DNA from: a virus
Taxonomy: Duplodnaviria > Caudoviricetes
DNA length: 63,115 bases
Strand: one strand, 5' to 3'
IMG/VR virus record: IMGVR_UViG_3300036715_000947
Coordinates: 1 to 63,115 of that record
The notes under the pieces were generated by a model. It did not search any database. It saw only the letters and a list, made by a program, of their open reading frames with translations, and was not told the origin of the DNA. Positions 61,274 to 63,115 of the stretch are shown piece after piece (position 1 is the first letter of the stretch; each line of letters starts with the position of its first letter). The translations under genes and the position numbers were made by a program.

Positions 61274-61810
61274 GTGGTGGTCATGGATTACAGTCAGAGA
61301 CTCTACCTGGTCGTGGCCATTAGGGACGGTGTTGTGTATTTCCTGGAGCGGAGCGATGTTGGCGGCCCGTGGTCTCTACACAATCCTACGGACCCCGAGA
61401 AGACAGACACCATCTCCATCAGCCGCAAGCCTATGGAGGCTGAGTTGATAGGAGTGCGGTCGATGCCGCTGGAGAGCTTCGAGCGCGTGTTCGACATAGT
61501 GGCCAACATCAGTGGAGGAGACCTCGTAAAAAAGTGGATGGAGAACAGGCATTGGGGCGTTACCAGAGAAGCGGCTGAGATCATCGACCGCGTAATCTAC
61601 ATCGAGGACAGTGTTGAGTACCTTCGATGGCGTGCGGCACACCGCAACCACGACAATGCACTAGAGCGGGCACGTCGCATCAGGAAGAACGCAGAGACCA
61701 ACGCAGAGGAGCTACCGCCAGCTAAAAAATATAACTTTGCCAAAGAGCCGCCACCGACAAAGAAACGCAAACCCAAGTTCACCAGCTTCAAAAGCCTACT
61801 GAGGAGGTAA
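61274..61810 (+). CDS. hypothetical protein
   Basis: 178 aa ORF in operon. Confidence 0.65.
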   Translation: MVVMDYSQRLYLVVAIRDGVVYFLERSDVGGPWSLHNPTDPEKTDTISISRKPMEAELIGVRSMPLESFERVFDIVANISGGDLVKKWMENRHWGVTREAAEIIDRVIYIEDSVEYLRWRAAHRNHDNALERARRIRKNAETNAEELPPAKKYNFAKEPPPTKKRKPKFTSFKSLLRR

Positions 61811-61811
61811 C

Positions 61812-62675
61812 ATGCCCACCACGCCCACCACACCCACCACGTCCACCACACCCACCACGTCCATCCGGCAATGCTTCAAGAAGCTGCGCGAGCACCTTCA
61901 GCACATACACAACAATGTGGGAGGGGAAGATGAGTTTTTGGACGCGCTCCACAGGATAGAGAAGAGGATCGAGACGCTCACACGCGAGGTGCGGTCACTG
62001 CGAAAGATCAAGGCCACTGAGCGGGCCAGCGTCACGTGCCCGGCACCGGCGGAGGAAGCGCCGAAGCCCAAGGACACCCTCGTGGCACGCATCGTACACG
62101 ACGAAGACTGTGCCTCGCCGCGTGAATGGGATAACGTCGGAACTATGGTACTCTTCCACCGCAGGTACGCATTGGCGAACGAATCAGACATGGCCTTGGA
62201 AGAGGCCGTGGCCTTCGAGGCTGCGTTCGCAAAGCACTTCCCAGGTGGCGTACTGCTCCCGGTCTACATGTACGACCACAGCGGTGTGTCGCTATCGACC
62301 GCGCCGTACAGTTGTCCGTGGGACTCTGGCAAAGTGGGCTTCATTTACGCGAAGGCCGATAAGGTGGAGCAAGAGGGGCTGGCGCTAGAGGCGTGCACGG
62401 ATATTCTCAGAAGCGAGGTGGAGACATACAGCAAGTGGCTCGGCGGGGAGTGCTACGGCTACGTCATCGAGGACAGTGCCACTGGCGAAGTGGTGGACTC
62501 GTGCTTTGGGTACATCGGACGTGACGATGCGGAGGCGGCCGCCAAAGAAGCGGTAGCCGAGAAGGCAAAGGACCCGGAGTACCGCACGGACCGGGAATGC
62601 TCCCGATCCGTGGTCTGTGCCGCCGGAGCATGGCCGGAAGGTAGCGTGTCCGGGAGTCAGTACCGCGTGATCTAG
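61812..62675 (+). CDS. conserved hypothetical protein; C-terminus runs into the terminal repeat region
   Basis: SPREWDN.G.M, LPVYMYDHSG, CPWDSG.VGFIY, WL.GECYGY, DSCFGY.G. Confidence 0.8.
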   Translation: MPTTPTTPTTSTTPTTSIRQCFKKLREHLQHIHNNVGGEDEFLDALHRIEKRIETLTREVRSLRKIKATERASVTCPAPAEEAPKPKDTLVARIVHDEDCASPREWDNVGTMVLFHRRYALANESDMALEEAVAFEAAFAKHFPGGVLLPVYMYDHSGVSLSTAPYSCPWDSGKVGFIYAKADKVEQEGLALEACTDILRSEVETYSKWLGGECYGYVIEDSATGEVVDSCFGYIGRDDAEAAAKEAVAEKAKDPEYRTDRECSRSVVCAAGAWPEGSVSGSQYRVI

Positions 62676-63115
62676 GGGCATGGCGGCCCGGAGTACCGCA
62701 CGGACCGGGAATGCTCCCGGTCCGTGGTTTGTACCGCCGGAGCATGACCTGGCCGTGCCTGTACCGCCGGAGGGCATGACCGGGAGCATGACCGGGAGCA
62801 TGGCCGGGAAGCCTCCCATGGGCCGGAGCATGGGCCGGAGCATGGGCCGGAGCATGGGCCGGAGCATGGGCCGGAGCATGGGCCGGAGCATGACCGGGAG
62901 CATGGCCGGGAAGCCTCCCATGGGCCGGAGCATGGCCGGGAAGCCTCCCATGGGCCGGAGCATGGGCCGGAGCATGGGCCGGAGCATGGGCCGGGAAGCC
63001 TCCCACGGGCCGGAGCGTGGCCGGGAAGCCTCCCATGGGCCGGAGCGTGGCCGGGAAGCCTCCCATGGGCCGGAGCATGGCCGGGAAGCCTCCCATGGGC
63101 CGGAGCGTGGCCGGG
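62573..63115. repeat. right-end repeat complex: ~60-bp duplication (62573/62687), 12-bp GGGCCGGAGCAT units and the 30-bp unit
   Basis: Read directly; same unit as 1..295. Confidence 0.93.

Overview
The window looks like a complete or near-complete ~63 kb tailed dsDNA phage genome with a lambda-type (siphovirus) tail tip. Both ends lie inside the same 30-bp tandem array and join seamlessly. The minus strand (34.8 kb to 2.2 kb) carries packaging, head, tail and lysis genes, and a small leftward operon lies at 1.8-0.37 kb. The plus strand (35.9-62.7 kb) carries primase-helicase, ligase, family A DNA polymerase, nucleases, an SNF2 helicase, two methyltransferase-like genes and many accessory ORFs. 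No integrase or repressor was recognised. Highlights: (1) the terminase intein has no in-frame endonuclease, but a complete Endonuclease VII-type gene with its own ribosome-binding site is nested in the -1 frame while the intein frame stays open; (2) a cluster of integron attC-like hairpins marks accessory gene boundaries at 40.8-42.7 kb without an integrase; (3) a non-splicing Hint domain ends the tail tip protein; (4) a second intein sits in the polymerase; (5) a ParB/DUF4417-like gene is followed by duplicated basic MGNSAGKG peptides; (6) there is an extreme Asp/Glu-tract protein and a histone H1-like protein. Family names come from recognising motifs by eye, not from database searches.
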